A DNA stretch of 64,000 bases from Longimicrobiales bacterium (GTDB lineage: Bacteria > Gemmatimonadota > Gemmatimonadetes > Longimicrobiales > Gaopeijiaceae). The DNA lies in assembly GCA_963664435.2 (NCBI GenBank), contig CAXXKM010000001.1, positions 608,001 through 672,000 of the forward strand, written 5' to 3'. The notes beneath the pieces were generated by a model. It had not been told where the DNA came from, searched no databases, and saw only the letters and a list, made by a program, of their open reading frames with translations. The position numbers and the translations under genes are program-made. Position 1 is the first letter of the stretch; each line of letters starts with the position of its first letter. This document shows positions 38,988-49,452 of this stretch, piece by piece.

Positions 38988-39018
38988 TTTGCCACATTTT
39001 GGTATTTGTGGCAGACAA
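38985..39018. terminator. Hairpin between convergent genes
   Basis: TTGTTTGCCACA-N10-TGTGGCAGACAA (11 of 12 positions paired). Confidence 0.5.
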
Positions 39019-39039
39019 AAGAGGGGGCCGGGAAACCAA

Positions 39040-40197
39040 TCAAGCGCCGGCGGCGGCGCTCGTCCCCACCGCGAGCCTCGCCTTCGCCAACACGTCCACG
39101 AATTCGTCTACTTCATCCGCAGTGTTGTAGTAGTGCGGGCTGGCCCGGACCACGCCCGGACGGCTGTCCACGATGATTCCGCGGTCGGCGAGGTGGCTCA
39201 CCGCGTCCGCGGGCGCCGGATGGCGAACGGGAACGATCGCCGAGCGTTGATCCGGGTGGCCCGCGACCCGGGGTGAGAGACCGGCAGCCCGGCAGCCTTC
39301 GATCAGTCGCTTGGTCAGCGTCACGTTCCGGGCCCGAATCGCCTCGACGCCCACCTGGTCGATAAGGTCCTGGCCGCCGAGGGCAGTGTGGACCGTGGCG
39401 AGTGCGGGGGTCCCGAGCTCGAAGCGGCGCGCGTCCGCGTGGTAGCGGAAGTCGCCCGGATTGAAGCGGAACTGGTCCTCGGTCGCGAACCAGCTCGTGA
39501 TCCTCGGCTCGAGGGCGGGGATCAGGTCATCGCGCACGTACAGATACGCGAGCCCCGGGCCTCCGCAGAGCCACTTGAGGGGGCCGGCGGTATAGAAGTC
39601 GACGCCGGTCGCGGGCAGGTCCACCGGCACCTGACCCGCCCCCTGGTATCCGTCGATGAGGCAATACGCACCGGCGCGGTGCGCGATCTCCGCGATCGAC
39701 TCCAGATCGAGGATGGCGCCGGTGGTGAAGAAGACGTGGCTGGTGGCGATGGCCAGCGTGCGCTCGTCGACGGCGTCCTCGAACTGCTGCGGGTCGACCC
39801 GGACGCCGTCCGGACTCTCCAGAACGACCATCTCCACGCCGGGACGCACCTTCCACTGGTACAGGAGCGTGGGAAAGTCGAGCTCGGTCGTGACGATGCG
39901 GTTGCGCTCCGACCAGTCCAGGCTCTCGGAGATGACCGAGAGGCAGGCGGAGGTGGAGGGCATGAGCGCGATGGTCCCGGCGGGGGCCGCGAAGAGGTCC
40001 GCGACGCGCCGCCGGAGTTCCGCGAGGAGCTCCCACCAGTGCTCGTACCACGCCGAGGCGCCCATGTCGTGCCATCGATCGAGGAAGTCCTGCAGGCGCT
40101 CCTCGGCCCGGGTCGAGAGGGCGCCCAGCGAGCAGGAATTCAGGTAGTTGCGGCGCTGGAGAATCGGGAACGCCCCGCGAACCCGGTCGAGGTTCAC
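39040..40197 (-). CDS. Class V PLP enzyme (kynureninase / selenocysteine lyase-like)
   Basis: GTG start overlapping the hydA stop; YLNSCSLG, SHV, IDGYQ, LKWLCGGPG, RFELGT, RASPHYYN. Confidence 0.85.
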   Translation of the reverse strand: MNLDRVRGAFPILQRRNYLNSCSLGALSTRAEERLQDFLDRWHDMGASAWYEHWWELLAELRRRVADLFAAPAGTIALMPSTSACLSVISESLDWSERNRIVTTELDFPTLLYQWKVRPGVEMVVLESPDGVRVDPQQFEDAVDERTLAIATSHVFFTTGAILDLESIAEIAHRAGAYCLIDGYQGAGQVPVDLPATGVDFYTAGPLKWLCGGPGLAYLYVRDDLIPALEPRITSWFATEDQFRFNPGDFRYHADARRFELGTPALATVHTALGGQDLIDQVGVEAIRARNVTLTKRLIEGCRAAGLSPRVAGHPDQRSAIVPVRHPAPADAVSHLADRGIIVDSRPGVVRASPHYYNTADEVDEFVDVLAKARLAVGTSAAAGA

Positions 40198-41591
40198 GGC
40201 AGCGCTGCCGGGTCGATGCGCCGCCGCTCGGCGAGACGTCCCCTGCCCCGCTCCGCGACCGGTTCTCCGCGATCGACGATGATCTCGCCCCGGGAGAGCG
40301 TCCAGGTCGGGAATCCGCTCACGCGCATCCCCTGGAAGGGACTGTAGTCGACGGCGGAGTGGAGCCTGGCCGCATCGATTACCGTCTCCGCCTCCGGGTC
40401 CACGACGATGATGTCGGCGTCGGCTCCGGCGTCCAGCGTGCCCTTGCGCGGGTACATCCCGAAGATGCGCGCCGGGTTGGTGGAGGCGAGCTCCACGAAG
40501 CGCTGGGGCGAGATCACGCCGGTCGACACGCCACCGGAAAACACCAGGGGCAGGCGGGTTTCGATCCCCGGGAGGCCGTTGGGGATGCGGGTGAAGTTGC
40601 CGCGCCCGGTGGTCTTCTGGTCGTGGTAGCGGAAGGGCGCGTGGTCGGAGGATACCTGCTGGATCGATCCGGCCGCCAGGGCGCTCCAGAGCGCGTCGCG
40701 GTGCTCGGCGGCGCGCATCGGGGGGCTGCACACGAACTTGGCGACCTCGAATCCGCCGCAGGGGTCGTAGACGGTTTCGTCGAGCACCAGGTACTGCGGA
40801 CAGGTCTCGGCCACCACCGGTTCCCCGCGCTCGCGGGCGGCGGCCACATGAGCCGCCGCGCCCGCCGAGGTGACGTGCGCGATGCAGAGAGGCGCATCCA
40901 CCACCCCGGCCAGCATGATGGCGCGATGGGTCGCCTCCGCCTCCACCACCGGCGGGCGGCTGGGGGCGTGGAATGCGGGACCGGTCTTTCCCGCGTCCAG
41001 GTGCTGGTTGATCAGGTATGTGACCGCGCAGTCGTTCTCGCAGTGAACGTAGACGAGTCCGCCGTGGGCGCCGGTCGCCTCCAGCAGGCGCAGCAGCCCG
41101 TCGTCGTTGACGATCTTGTCGCCGTACGTCATGTAGACCTTGAACGAGGGGAACCCTCCCTCGATCAATTCCGGCACTTCGTCGAGAACATCGTCGCGGA
41201 CATCCGTGACTATGGTATGGAAGCCGTAGTCGATGACGGCGTCGGGCGCGATCTCACCCAGACGCCGGTCGCGCGCCAGCGCCAGCGACTCGCCGCGGCG
41301 CTGCAGCGAGAAGTCGATGATGGTGGTGACGCCCCCGCACGCCCCCGCGACGGTGCCGATAAAGAAGTCGTCGGCGGTGGTGATCCCCAGGCGGTCGATG
41401 GGGTGGGCCAGATGGGTGTGGGTGTCGATGCCGCCGGGCATGACCCAGTGGCCGCTCGCGTCGAGGACCTCGCCCTCGGTGGTCAGGTCCCGCCCGACGC
41501 CAGCGATCCGCCCGTCCCGGACGAGAACGTCGGCCGGCTCCATGCGGTCGGCGGTCACCGCCGTGCCCCCGGCGATCAGCAGTTCGCTCAA
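40194..41591 (-). CDS. hydA: Dihydropyrimidinase / D-hydantoinase
   Basis: PGGIDTHTH, SFKVYMTY, VHCEN, ETCPQY, CSPP, SSDHAPF, IPNGLPG. Confidence 0.92.
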   Translation of the reverse strand: MSELLIAGGTAVTADRMEPADVLVRDGRIAGVGRDLTTEGEVLDASGHWVMPGGIDTHTHLAHPIDRLGITTADDFFIGTVAGACGGVTTIIDFSLQRRGESLALARDRRLGEIAPDAVIDYGFHTIVTDVRDDVLDEVPELIEGGFPSFKVYMTYGDKIVNDDGLLRLLEATGAHGGLVYVHCENDCAVTYLINQHLDAGKTGPAFHAPSRPPVVEAEATHRAIMLAGVVDAPLCIAHVTSAGAAAHVAAARERGEPVVAETCPQYLVLDETVYDPCGGFEVAKFVCSPPMRAAEHRDALWSALAAGSIQQVSSDHAPFRYHDQKTTGRGNFTRIPNGLPGIETRLPLVFSGGVSTGVISPQRFVELASTNPARIFGMYPRKGTLDAGADADIIVVDPEAETVIDAARLHSAVDYSPFQGMRVSGFPTWTLSRGEIIVDRGEPVAERGRGRLAERRRIDPAALP

Positions 41592-41691
41592 CGCGCGCTC
41601 CTCCTTGCTGGCGACCCCCGGACCCGCGCAGAGCCTGGTCCGCGCGAGCCCGGGGGCCGGTCGGTGTTTGTCGCGATGTCCCGGGTCGCCC

Positions 41692-42351
<660 letters not shown>

Positions 42352-42501
42352 GGTGCTCCCTCCAGGTTCAGGGTCCGGTGCGGGTCTCGGCAGGCTCGCG
42401 AAGCGTAGCCATCGCACCGGGACTACGCCACACGCGATTGCCGGTTCCGCCGCAGGAACGCCCGCGGCGCGGCCGACGGTACCGGCCTCCATCCGACCAT
42501 C

Positions 42502-43704
42502 CTACAGGTCGCGGGCGAATGTCCGAATGCGCTGCATCGACTCGAGGATGCGCGCCTCCGGACACAGGAGCGAAACCCGCACCCAGTTGCGCCAGCGCTC
42601 CCCGAAGGAGGCGCCGGGGAACATCAGCACGCCCGCCTCGTCGAGGAGGCGGTAGCAGAAGGTCTCGGCATCCATTCCGAAGCGCGACACGTCGGCCCAC
42701 ATGAACAAGCCTCCCCCGTGGGACCCGTGCGGGACGGCCAGGTCGGCGAAGCCGTCGATCAGCGCCTGGCGCCGGCGTCGATAACGCGCCAGGTACTGCG
42801 GGCGCGGGTCCGGATCGGCCTCGAGGGCCGCGAGGGCGGTGTACTGCGAGAAAGCCGGACACGGGCCGGAGGTCGTGCTCTTGATGGCCTCCACCGCGTC
42901 GATGAAGGCAGGCGGGCCGACGAGGTAGCCGACCCGGAAGCCGGTCATCGCGTACGCCTTGGAGAAGCCCGAAAGGACCACCGAGCGCCCGCGCGCGCCC
43001 TCCGCGGCGAGCAGCGACAGGAAGGGTTCCTCGCGGAAGACCACGTCCTCGTAGATCTCGTCGGCCACCACGACCATGTCGAGGTCGGCTGCGGCCCGCG
43101 CCAGATCGCGGACGCCCTGCGGGCCGACGCAGGCGCCCGTCGGGTTCGATGGATTCACGAACACGAGCAGCTTGCAGCCCTGCGCGTGCTGCCGGAGTTC
43201 CCCGCTCCCGAGCTCGAAGGGCCGGTCGCCGCCGGTGGGGACGGGCACGATGTCGCCGCCCGCGGTCCCGATGGCCTGGTCGTAGGAGCTGTAGCGCGGG
43301 TCCTGGCAGGCAACCCGGTCGCCCGGGTCGACGAGCGCCAGCATGGCCAGGAAGAGCCCCTCCTGGGCGCCGTTGGTGATGGCGATCTCGGTGGCGGGAT
43401 CGACTTCGACGCCCTTCTCGCGGGCATACCGGCGGGCGATGCCCTCCCGCAGTGGAAGCAGGCCACGCACCGGTCCTTCGTCCCATACGGCCATCCCCGC
43501 GCCCATCGCGCCGGCGAAACGGGCCAGGCCATCCTCCACGATCGCGGGCTGCGTGTGCAGGTCGGGATCGCCCCGGCCGAGCGAGATGACGTTCTCTCGT
43601 TCTCGCGCGAGCGCCATCATCTTGTAGCGCAGGGTGGTGGCCGCCTCACCCTTGCGCAGCGATGCGGAACCCGCACGTTCCCGGGACTTCATCGGGGCGC
43701 TCAT
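42502..43704 (-). CDS. Class I/II PLP aminotransferase
   Basis: [30 protein letters not shown]. Confidence 0.92.
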   Translation of the reverse strand: [400 protein letters not shown]

Positions 43705-44570
43705 GGCCGCACCCCCAGCGCCCACAACGCGGCGCGCTGCGAGGGAGCCGGCGAGCAGATGGACGACGCCTGCTTCCACTTGGCGATGCGCGGCCGCACG
43801 GCCACCGGAGCGGCGACGAAGCCGAGAGAGAACGGGTGCATTCCCTCGAGGCCGTCCAGCGAGCCGATGACGATGGCGTCCGCGAGGTCGGGATCGGGAT
43901 CGCCCGGGACCGACGGGCCGGCACCGGAATCCCTGGCTGACGAAGGAGCTCCGCGCGTCGTCGAGGACGCGATTGGATTCGGCGAGTCGCCGGCGGCAAA
44001 GAGCCGGTCCCCGATGGCGTGCACCCGGGAGATTCCCAGGTCGGGGGATGCGTTCCCATTCTCGAGGATGGCCGCCCCCGCCTCGTACTCGATCAGCTGA
44101 AACGCCGCCTCGGCTCCAGGCGGAGCGTCGGCGCCGGGTTCGATCACGCGCACCCGCATCCAGTCGAGCAGGCGCTGATGCCGACCTCCCGAACTTGCGA
44201 CGATGACCGCCCCCTCTCCGCCGCCGAGGCCCAGGAGGGTCGCGAAGAGGGACTCTCCTTCGCCCTGAGTAATGAGCACGCCATCCGGTTCGCGGGCGGG
44301 AAACCCCACGCGCTGAAGCGCTTCGCCTACGCGGCGGCGCAGCTCTCCCATACCCGGCCGGTCCGGATAGTGCGTTTCTCCGGCCAGCAGGTGATGGCGC
44401 AGGCCGGCCCACAAGCCTTCGCTCGGGCCCGACCGAGTGGGTGCGGACAAGGCGTCCGACGTTGCGACGCGAAAGGACTTCATCGCTGCCCTGGCGCGCT
44501 GGGAAACCGCCGCCTCCGCGGCGCTTCCGTGGGTCCCCGCGGGCACGTTTCCGTTGCTCGTTTCGGTCAT
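43701..44570 (-). CDS. Degenerate, truncated aminotransferase-like protein
   Basis: THYPDRPGMGELR, VLITQG, LGFVAAP, ICSPAPSQRAAL align with the class I fold; NPxNPTG, DEIY and the PLP Lys are absent; ATGA overlaps at both ends. Confidence 0.7.
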   Translation of the reverse strand: MTETSNGNVPAGTHGSAAEAAVSQRARAAMKSFRVATSDALSAPTRSGPSEGLWAGLRHHLLAGETHYPDRPGMGELRRRVGEALQRVGFPAREPDGVLITQGEGESLFATLLGLGGGEGAVIVASSGGRHQRLLDWMRVRVIEPGADAPPGAEAAFQLIEYEAGAAILENGNASPDLGISRVHAIGDRLFAAGDSPNPIASSTTRGAPSSARDSGAGPSVPGDPDPDLADAIVIGSLDGLEGMHPFSLGFVAAPVAVRPRIAKWKQASSICSPAPSQRAALWALGVRP

Positions 44571-45394
44571 CCGACAGCCTCCGGCGTATATTCGGCGATT
44601 TCGTGAATCCGGTTCATCATCCCCCGCGTGCCCCATTGCTCCAGTGCCCGCGTCAATGTCCAGGCGTCGAAGCGGCAGCCGCTGATCTGCCCGCGCAGCC
44701 CGGCGAGAAAGAGGAACGCGGGCCCCAGCCTGATGGGATCCCGCCATCCCGCACGCGTCGCCGCATCCGCATCTTCCGCGTCGCTCTGCGTGAGGGAGGT
44801 CGGCTTGATGGGCAACCCCGGCGTCACCGTGTTGGCGCTGATGGGCAACCCCGCCAGCTCCAGCGCGAGGCATCGGGTGAATGCCTCCATGCCGAATTTC
44901 GATGCACAGTATGCGGCCTGCCGCGGGAATGCGCCGGTCCCCGCGCGCGAGGAGACGTTGATCACGGATCCGCCCTCTTCCCCAAGGAGCGGAAGGAGAT
45001 CCCGGGTCAGGAAGACCGGAGCTTCCAGGTTTACGCTCATGATGCGCCGCCAGTGTGCGGCGTCCAGTGAAGCGACCGGCTCACGTTCCAGCACGCCGGC
45101 GTTGTTGACGATGACGCGCAGCTTGCGGGCTTCCTTGCGCAGGGTGCGAGCCAGTCCCTTTCGTGCATCGTCCCGCCCGAGATCGGTGACGAGAATGTGA
45201 GCCTCGCCCCCCGCCGAGCGGATGTCGGACGCAGTCCACTCGAGCTCCTCCGGCACCTCCGACACCAGCCACACGCGCGCGCCCGCCGCCGCCATCGACT
45301 GTGCAATTCCCCGACCCAGACCTCGACCGGATCCGGTCACGAGAACGTCGATGCCCGCGACGCTTAGCGGAGGTGCAACGCTGTATGCGGGCAT
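44567..45394 (-). CDS. SDR oxidoreductase
   Basis: TGSGRGLG, NNAG, NVSS, YCASK. Confidence 0.92.
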   Translation of the reverse strand: MPAYSVAPPLSVAGIDVLVTGSGRGLGRGIAQSMAAAGARVWLVSEVPEELEWTASDIRSAGGEAHILVTDLGRDDARKGLARTLRKEARKLRVIVNNAGVLEREPVASLDAAHWRRIMSVNLEAPVFLTRDLLPLLGEEGGSVINVSSRAGTGAFPRQAAYCASKFGMEAFTRCLALELAGLPISANTVTPGLPIKPTSLTQSDAEDADAATRAGWRDPIRLGPAFLFLAGLRGQISGCRFDAWTLTRALEQWGTRGMMNRIHEIAEYTPEAVG

Positions 45395-45473
45395 GCCTTA
45401 TCGAAAGGTGGGCACACGTTGGTTCGCGGGGTGACAGGCAACAGGATCGATCGCCGGGGAATCGATCTCGGCC

Positions 45474-46703
45474 CTAACCCACAAGCGCATCAACCAACTG
45501 GGCGCAGGCGTAGCCAAGATAGTTCCCGAGGGCATATCCGAAGATGCCCACGATGACCGCGGGGGCGACCAGCTTGTGCCACTTCATCGCCATGCCGATG
45601 GCCAGCGCCGATCCGGGCCCGCCGATGGCGGCCTGGCTTGCGATCGAGACGGTGGCGAGATCGATGCGGAAAAGCCAGCCGATCCCGTACGCGACGACGA
45701 CGTGAATGCCGATGATCGCGATCATGAAGCCGAAGATGGGAACGCCGGCGTCCAGGATGGTCGCCAGGTCGGAGGCCGCGCCCAGCGCGATGAAGAAGAT
45801 GTGGAGCGCGAAGTAGGAAAGGACTTCAGCCCCGCGCAGTTTTCTCACCCACGGCAACTGCGCCACGATGAGCGCGATAGTCGTGAGCCAGAGGACGTCC
45901 GGCACCTCGCTGAGGAAGCTGACCAGTCCGTACCAGGGCGAGCCGTCCGTCATGGAGGGGAGGGCTTCCGTCAGGCTTTCGCTGATGAGCCGGGCCACCC
46001 AGAGCGCGGCGAGGGGCAGGCCTCCCAGGATGGCGAAATCCGTGATGCTGATGTCGGTGTCGGTCCAGCGGCGGCGCATCGTCTCCTCCTGCGCGTCCTG
46101 CTCTTCCTTCTCCGCGGGGTCCGTGGCCGATACCGCCGCCAACCCGGGACCGGACCGCCGCAGGAACATCGCGCCAAGGATCCCCGCCAACCACACCTGG
46201 AACAACAGGTACGGGACCGTCGACATGTTGTCGGCCAGCGCAGCCGCGGCGAAGGTGCTCGGTTCGACTTCGAGCCCCTGCCCGACCGCGGCGAAGTTCA
46301 TCCCGCCCCCCGCGAAGGCGGCCGAGAACGCCCCGGAGAGCTTCCACGTCTCCGGACCGACCCATCCCGCCATGGTCGCGCCCGCGACCGCCCCGCCAAC
46401 GAAGCTGCCCCCGCACGCGGCGAGATACGCGATCAGGAGCGGCCTTCCCGCGTTGGCCAATTCCTTCATCTGCGTGCCCATGATGACGAGCACGATCGCG
46501 TAGGGGATGGCGAAGGTGAACACGCCCTCGTGCGCGGGCCCGGTGTGCTCGATCACGCCGACGTTGGCGAGCGTGATGCCGAGCAGGGTGCACACGACGG
46601 CGGAGCTGATCTTCTTGATGACGTCGTAGCGCTCTTCCAGCCAGCGCGCGAAGGCCACCACGGCCAGCATGAATGCGACAACCAGAAGCGGGTCTCTCAG
46701 CAT
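45474..46703 (-). CDS. DUF819-family membrane protein (putative transporter)
   Basis: Polytopic; GGGMNFAAV, ADN, ASQAAIGGP, GYALGNYLG. Confidence 0.85.
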   Translation of the reverse strand: MLRDPLLVVAFMLAVVAFARWLEERYDVIKKISSAVVCTLLGITLANVGVIEHTGPAHEGVFTFAIPYAIVLVIMGTQMKELANAGRPLLIAYLAACGGSFVGGAVAGATMAGWVGPETWKLSGAFSAAFAGGGMNFAAVGQGLEVEPSTFAAAALADNMSTVPYLLFQVWLAGILGAMFLRRSGPGLAAVSATDPAEKEEQDAQEETMRRRWTDTDISITDFAILGGLPLAALWVARLISESLTEALPSMTDGSPWYGLVSFLSEVPDVLWLTTIALIVAQLPWVRKLRGAEVLSYFALHIFFIALGAASDLATILDAGVPIFGFMIAIIGIHVVVAYGIGWLFRIDLATVSIASQAAIGGPGSALAIGMAMKWHKLVAPAVIVGIFGYALGNYLGYACAQLVDALVG

Positions 46704-46824
46704 GGCGTTCGGGGCTCAGAGTTGTGTGGATGGGAACGGTGATCGTGACCCTTCTCGTCCCGTAGCGACATGGGCCCGCCCATCGGCGACCGCGATCCGG
46801 ACCGACGCCCCCGGGCGACCGGCG

Positions 46825-47835
46825 TCATCCGGGCCGGACAAGGCCCTTCACCTCATCACCCCGCCCCGCCGCGACCAGATTTGCGACCACGTCGTCGATC
46901 ATGCCGCGCTGCCCGCCGCCGGTCCCGCCGCCCACATGGGGTGACAGGAGGACGTTGGGCGCATCCGCCAGCGGGCTGCCCGCCGGCAGCGGCTCGTAGA
47001 GGAAGGCGTCCAGCCCCGCCCCGGCGATCCGGCCGCCGTGAAGGGCGTCGACGAGCGCATCTTCATCGACCAGCCCGCCGCGCGCCGTGTTCACCAGGAT
47101 GGCCGTGGGCTTCATGAGCCCAAGGGCAGCGGCGTCGATCATGCGTTCGGTCTCGTCGGTGTGGGGCGCGTGCAGGCTGACCACATCGCTCGCGGCGAGG
47201 AGCTCCGGGAGCGGCAGGAAGCGCGCCCCGACCATCTCCTCGTGCGCCCGGGGCAGGGGCGTGCGCTTGGTGTAGACGACTTCCATATCGAAAGCGCGCG
47301 CGCGCCGCGCGACCTCGAGCGCGATGTCGCCAAGCCCGACCAGACCGAGCGTCGCGCCGTGCAGTTGCCAGACGTCTGGATAGCGCAGCCAGTTGAAGGC
47401 GATCTTGCGCTCCGTGGTGCGTACGGGCTCGACGCCAAGACCTTGATACTCCGCGTCCCGGGTGCCCAGATGCCCCGGCACCAGTTTGCGGTAGAGGCCC
47501 AGCATCAGCGCGACGGTCTGCTCGGCGACGGCGATCGCGCCTCGGTGCGGAAGCACCGACACCGGCACTCCGGCCGCAGCAGCGGCGTCCCGATCCACCG
47601 CCCAGGGCGCCCGTCCCTGTACCTGGATCAGACGAAGCTGCGGGGAGGCGCCGATCAGGTCCGCGCCGACGGACCGTTTCGCGGTCACGAGCGCGTCGGC
47701 GCTGGCCGCAGCCGCGCGCAATTCCCGTTCATCCATCCCGCCGCCCCACGTCATCTCGACTCCGGCACCCTCCGCAGTCTGCTGAAAGAGGCCTTGGATC
47801 CAGTCGGCAAGGGGTTCGACATGCAGTGCTCGCAA
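46825..47835 (-). CDS. D-2-hydroxyacid dehydrogenase family
   Basis: AVAE, GLVGLGDIA, SLHAP, NTARG, SPHVGG. Proposed TTG start at 47835 with GGAG upstream. Confidence 0.88.
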   Translation of the reverse strand: MRALHVEPLADWIQGLFQQTAEGAGVEMTWGGGMDERELRAAAASADALVTAKRSVGADLIGASPQLRLIQVQGRAPWAVDRDAAAAAGVPVSVLPHRGAIAVAEQTVALMLGLYRKLVPGHLGTRDAEYQGLGVEPVRTTERKIAFNWLRYPDVWQLHGATLGLVGLGDIALEVARRARAFDMEVVYTKRTPLPRAHEEMVGARFLPLPELLAASDVVSLHAPHTDETERMIDAAALGLMKPTAILVNTARGGLVDEDALVDALHGGRIAGAGLDAFLYEPLPAGSPLADAPNVLLSPHVGGGTGGGQRGMIDDVVANLVAAGRGDEVKGLVRPG

Positions 47836-48081
47836 GGTGGGGAAACTCCGCGTGAGGTTGGAGACGAGGACGGGGTCCGGAGGCGTGCTGGCGGTGGCAA
47901 CCTCAGAGCGCGAGCAACATAGAGAGCAGCGGCAATACGCGCGAGAGCAGCGGTACCGGCGCGTCGGCAATCCACGCCAGTGTGATACCAGGCGCCCGAA
48001 GCCGCGCGCTTGCATTGGCATCGCGCGGGAGCAGCATGGACCTCGGTGTGGAGACCTGCGGCCTTCGTCACCGGCGCAGAA

Positions 48082-48495
48082 TCAGGGACAATCGTCCTCC
48101 GGCACAACCAACTCCAGGGCGGTGTGCCGGGCGATTACCTCGAAGTCGCGGCTGCGGGCCAGAAGGGGGCGAGCCGCGTCAACTGCGGCGGCGGCGACCA
48201 TGCAGTCCACGATCGATCGGATCGTGCAGCCGGCGCGGCGGCAGGTGCGCTGGATGAGAGCCGCATGCTGGAACTCCCCCAGCGAATCGGGGACGATGAT
48301 TTCGAAGCGGGAGAGCATCCGGTGCAGTTTGCGGGCGTCGGATTCCGTGCGTGAGCCCGCCAGCAACTCCATTACGACGGGAGCCGGCGTGGCGATGGGC
48401 CGTCCCGCTTGAACTCCGGCGCGCAGCGCGAGGTGGATCGGGCTCCCCGTCTTGCGCAGGTACTCGACCCACGCAGAGGTATCGACGATCACCAA
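48082..48495 (-). CDS. vapC: PIN-domain toxin
   Basis: IVDTSAWVE, MELLAG, SIVDCMVAA, SRDF. Confidence 0.9.
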   Translation of the reverse strand: MVIVDTSAWVEYLRKTGSPIHLALRAGVQAGRPIATPAPVVMELLAGSRTESDARKLHRMLSRFEIIVPDSLGEFQHAALIQRTCRRAGCTIRSIVDCMVAAAAVDAARPLLARSRDFEVIARHTALELVVPEDDCP

Positions 48496-48902
48496 AGATC
48501 ACCGGGACTACCGTCTCGCATCTCGTCCAGATCCCCGTCCCAACCGAATCCCTGCATCGCGAGCGCTTCCTCCTTCGTCATCGGCACGATCGCCTGACGC
48601 CAGACCGCTTCCTTGACGGCCCTCGACCAGTTGCGGAGCCCGTAGCGCTTCCGGATGGCTTCCAGATCGGCTTCCGGCAGCTTCACTTCGAGGTTGACAT
48701 AGGGATAATCGGCGGATTCCGGCGCCCGGTACTCCGGACGCGCTTCCCGCACCGCCACGGCCCCCCCGCGCAGCTCCCGCTCCCGTGCCTCGCGCAGCGT
48801 CCTCCGGACCCATGCGGACACCGTGATGCGATTGCGCCTCGCGGCGTCGCGGATCTCCTCAAGTTCCGCTTCGGACAGCACGACCTGCAGTCTCTTACTC
48901 AT
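48489..48902 (-). CDS. vapB: Antitoxin with an RHH domain plus a VapB-like domain
   Basis: MSKRLQVVL..VSAWVR (RHH); C-terminal RYGL..AV..GFGWDGDLDEMR; overlaps vapC. Confidence 0.8.
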   Translation of the reverse strand: MSKRLQVVLSEAELEEIRDAARRNRITVSAWVRRTLREARERELRGGAVAVREARPEYRAPESADYPYVNLEVKLPEADLEAIRKRYGLRNWSRAVKEAVWRQAIVPMTKEEALAMQGFGWDGDLDEMRDGSPGDLW

Positions 48903-49167
48903 GGTATGAGTATGATATACTTATCATGAACCGGGTTCAAGTCGTGGATTCGGTTCCTCCGGCTCGGATTGCGTCGGCAGCCCGCTCCGAAGCGCTGGCA
49001 ATGTCGCGCCCGCCTCCGTAAGCTTGCAGCGACATGATCGCGAAGCGGCGAAATCTCCCGCGCAGAGCAGGGGACGGGCCGGAGGCGAGAGCCTTTGAGG
49101 TACGTGTGCAAGGCGCGTCGCGCGGCCCGTCGGTGCCGCAAATCATCGAATCCGGGAGCATCAATCC

Positions 49168-49449
49168 ATGACCATGGACCGCCGAAAGTTCACCGCAGTC
49201 GCCGGCGCGAGCGCGATGGCGCTGGCCTGGGCGCAGGCCTGTGCCGAGGTCGCCGAGACCGGAGAGGTTACGACCGCGACGGCCAACACGCTGCTCGATC
49301 ACCAGGGATCACGGGGCATCTACGACGACGCCGCGGAGCTGGAGCGGCTGAAGGCGGCCATCGCCAACATGGTCAACGTGCAGCGGACGCTGCGCGACTT
49401 CCCGCTCGATCCCGACGAGCCTCCCCTTCTCGTTTTCCGGAGGGGCTGA
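49168..49449 (+). CDS. Small Tat-signal protein, GatC/AtzG-like
   Basis: DRRKF twin-Arg plus hydrophobic region; C-terminal LRDFPLDPDEPPLLVF; 3 nt upstream of the amidase. Confidence 0.7.
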   Translation: MTMDRRKFTAVAGASAMALAWAQACAEVAETGEVTTATANTLLDHQGSRGIYDDAAELERLKAAIANMVNVQRTLRDFPLDPDEPPLLVFRRG

Positions 49450-49452
49450 GCC

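Noticed and set aside
47900..47965. Short GAGAGCAGCGG repeats upstream of the dehydrogenase
   Set aside because: Only two clear copies; too weak to assign a function.
48931..48948. GGTTCAAGTC resembling a tRNA T-loop or att site beside vapBC
   Set aside because: The stem is imperfect, there is no cloverleaf, and no integrase or second copy was seen.
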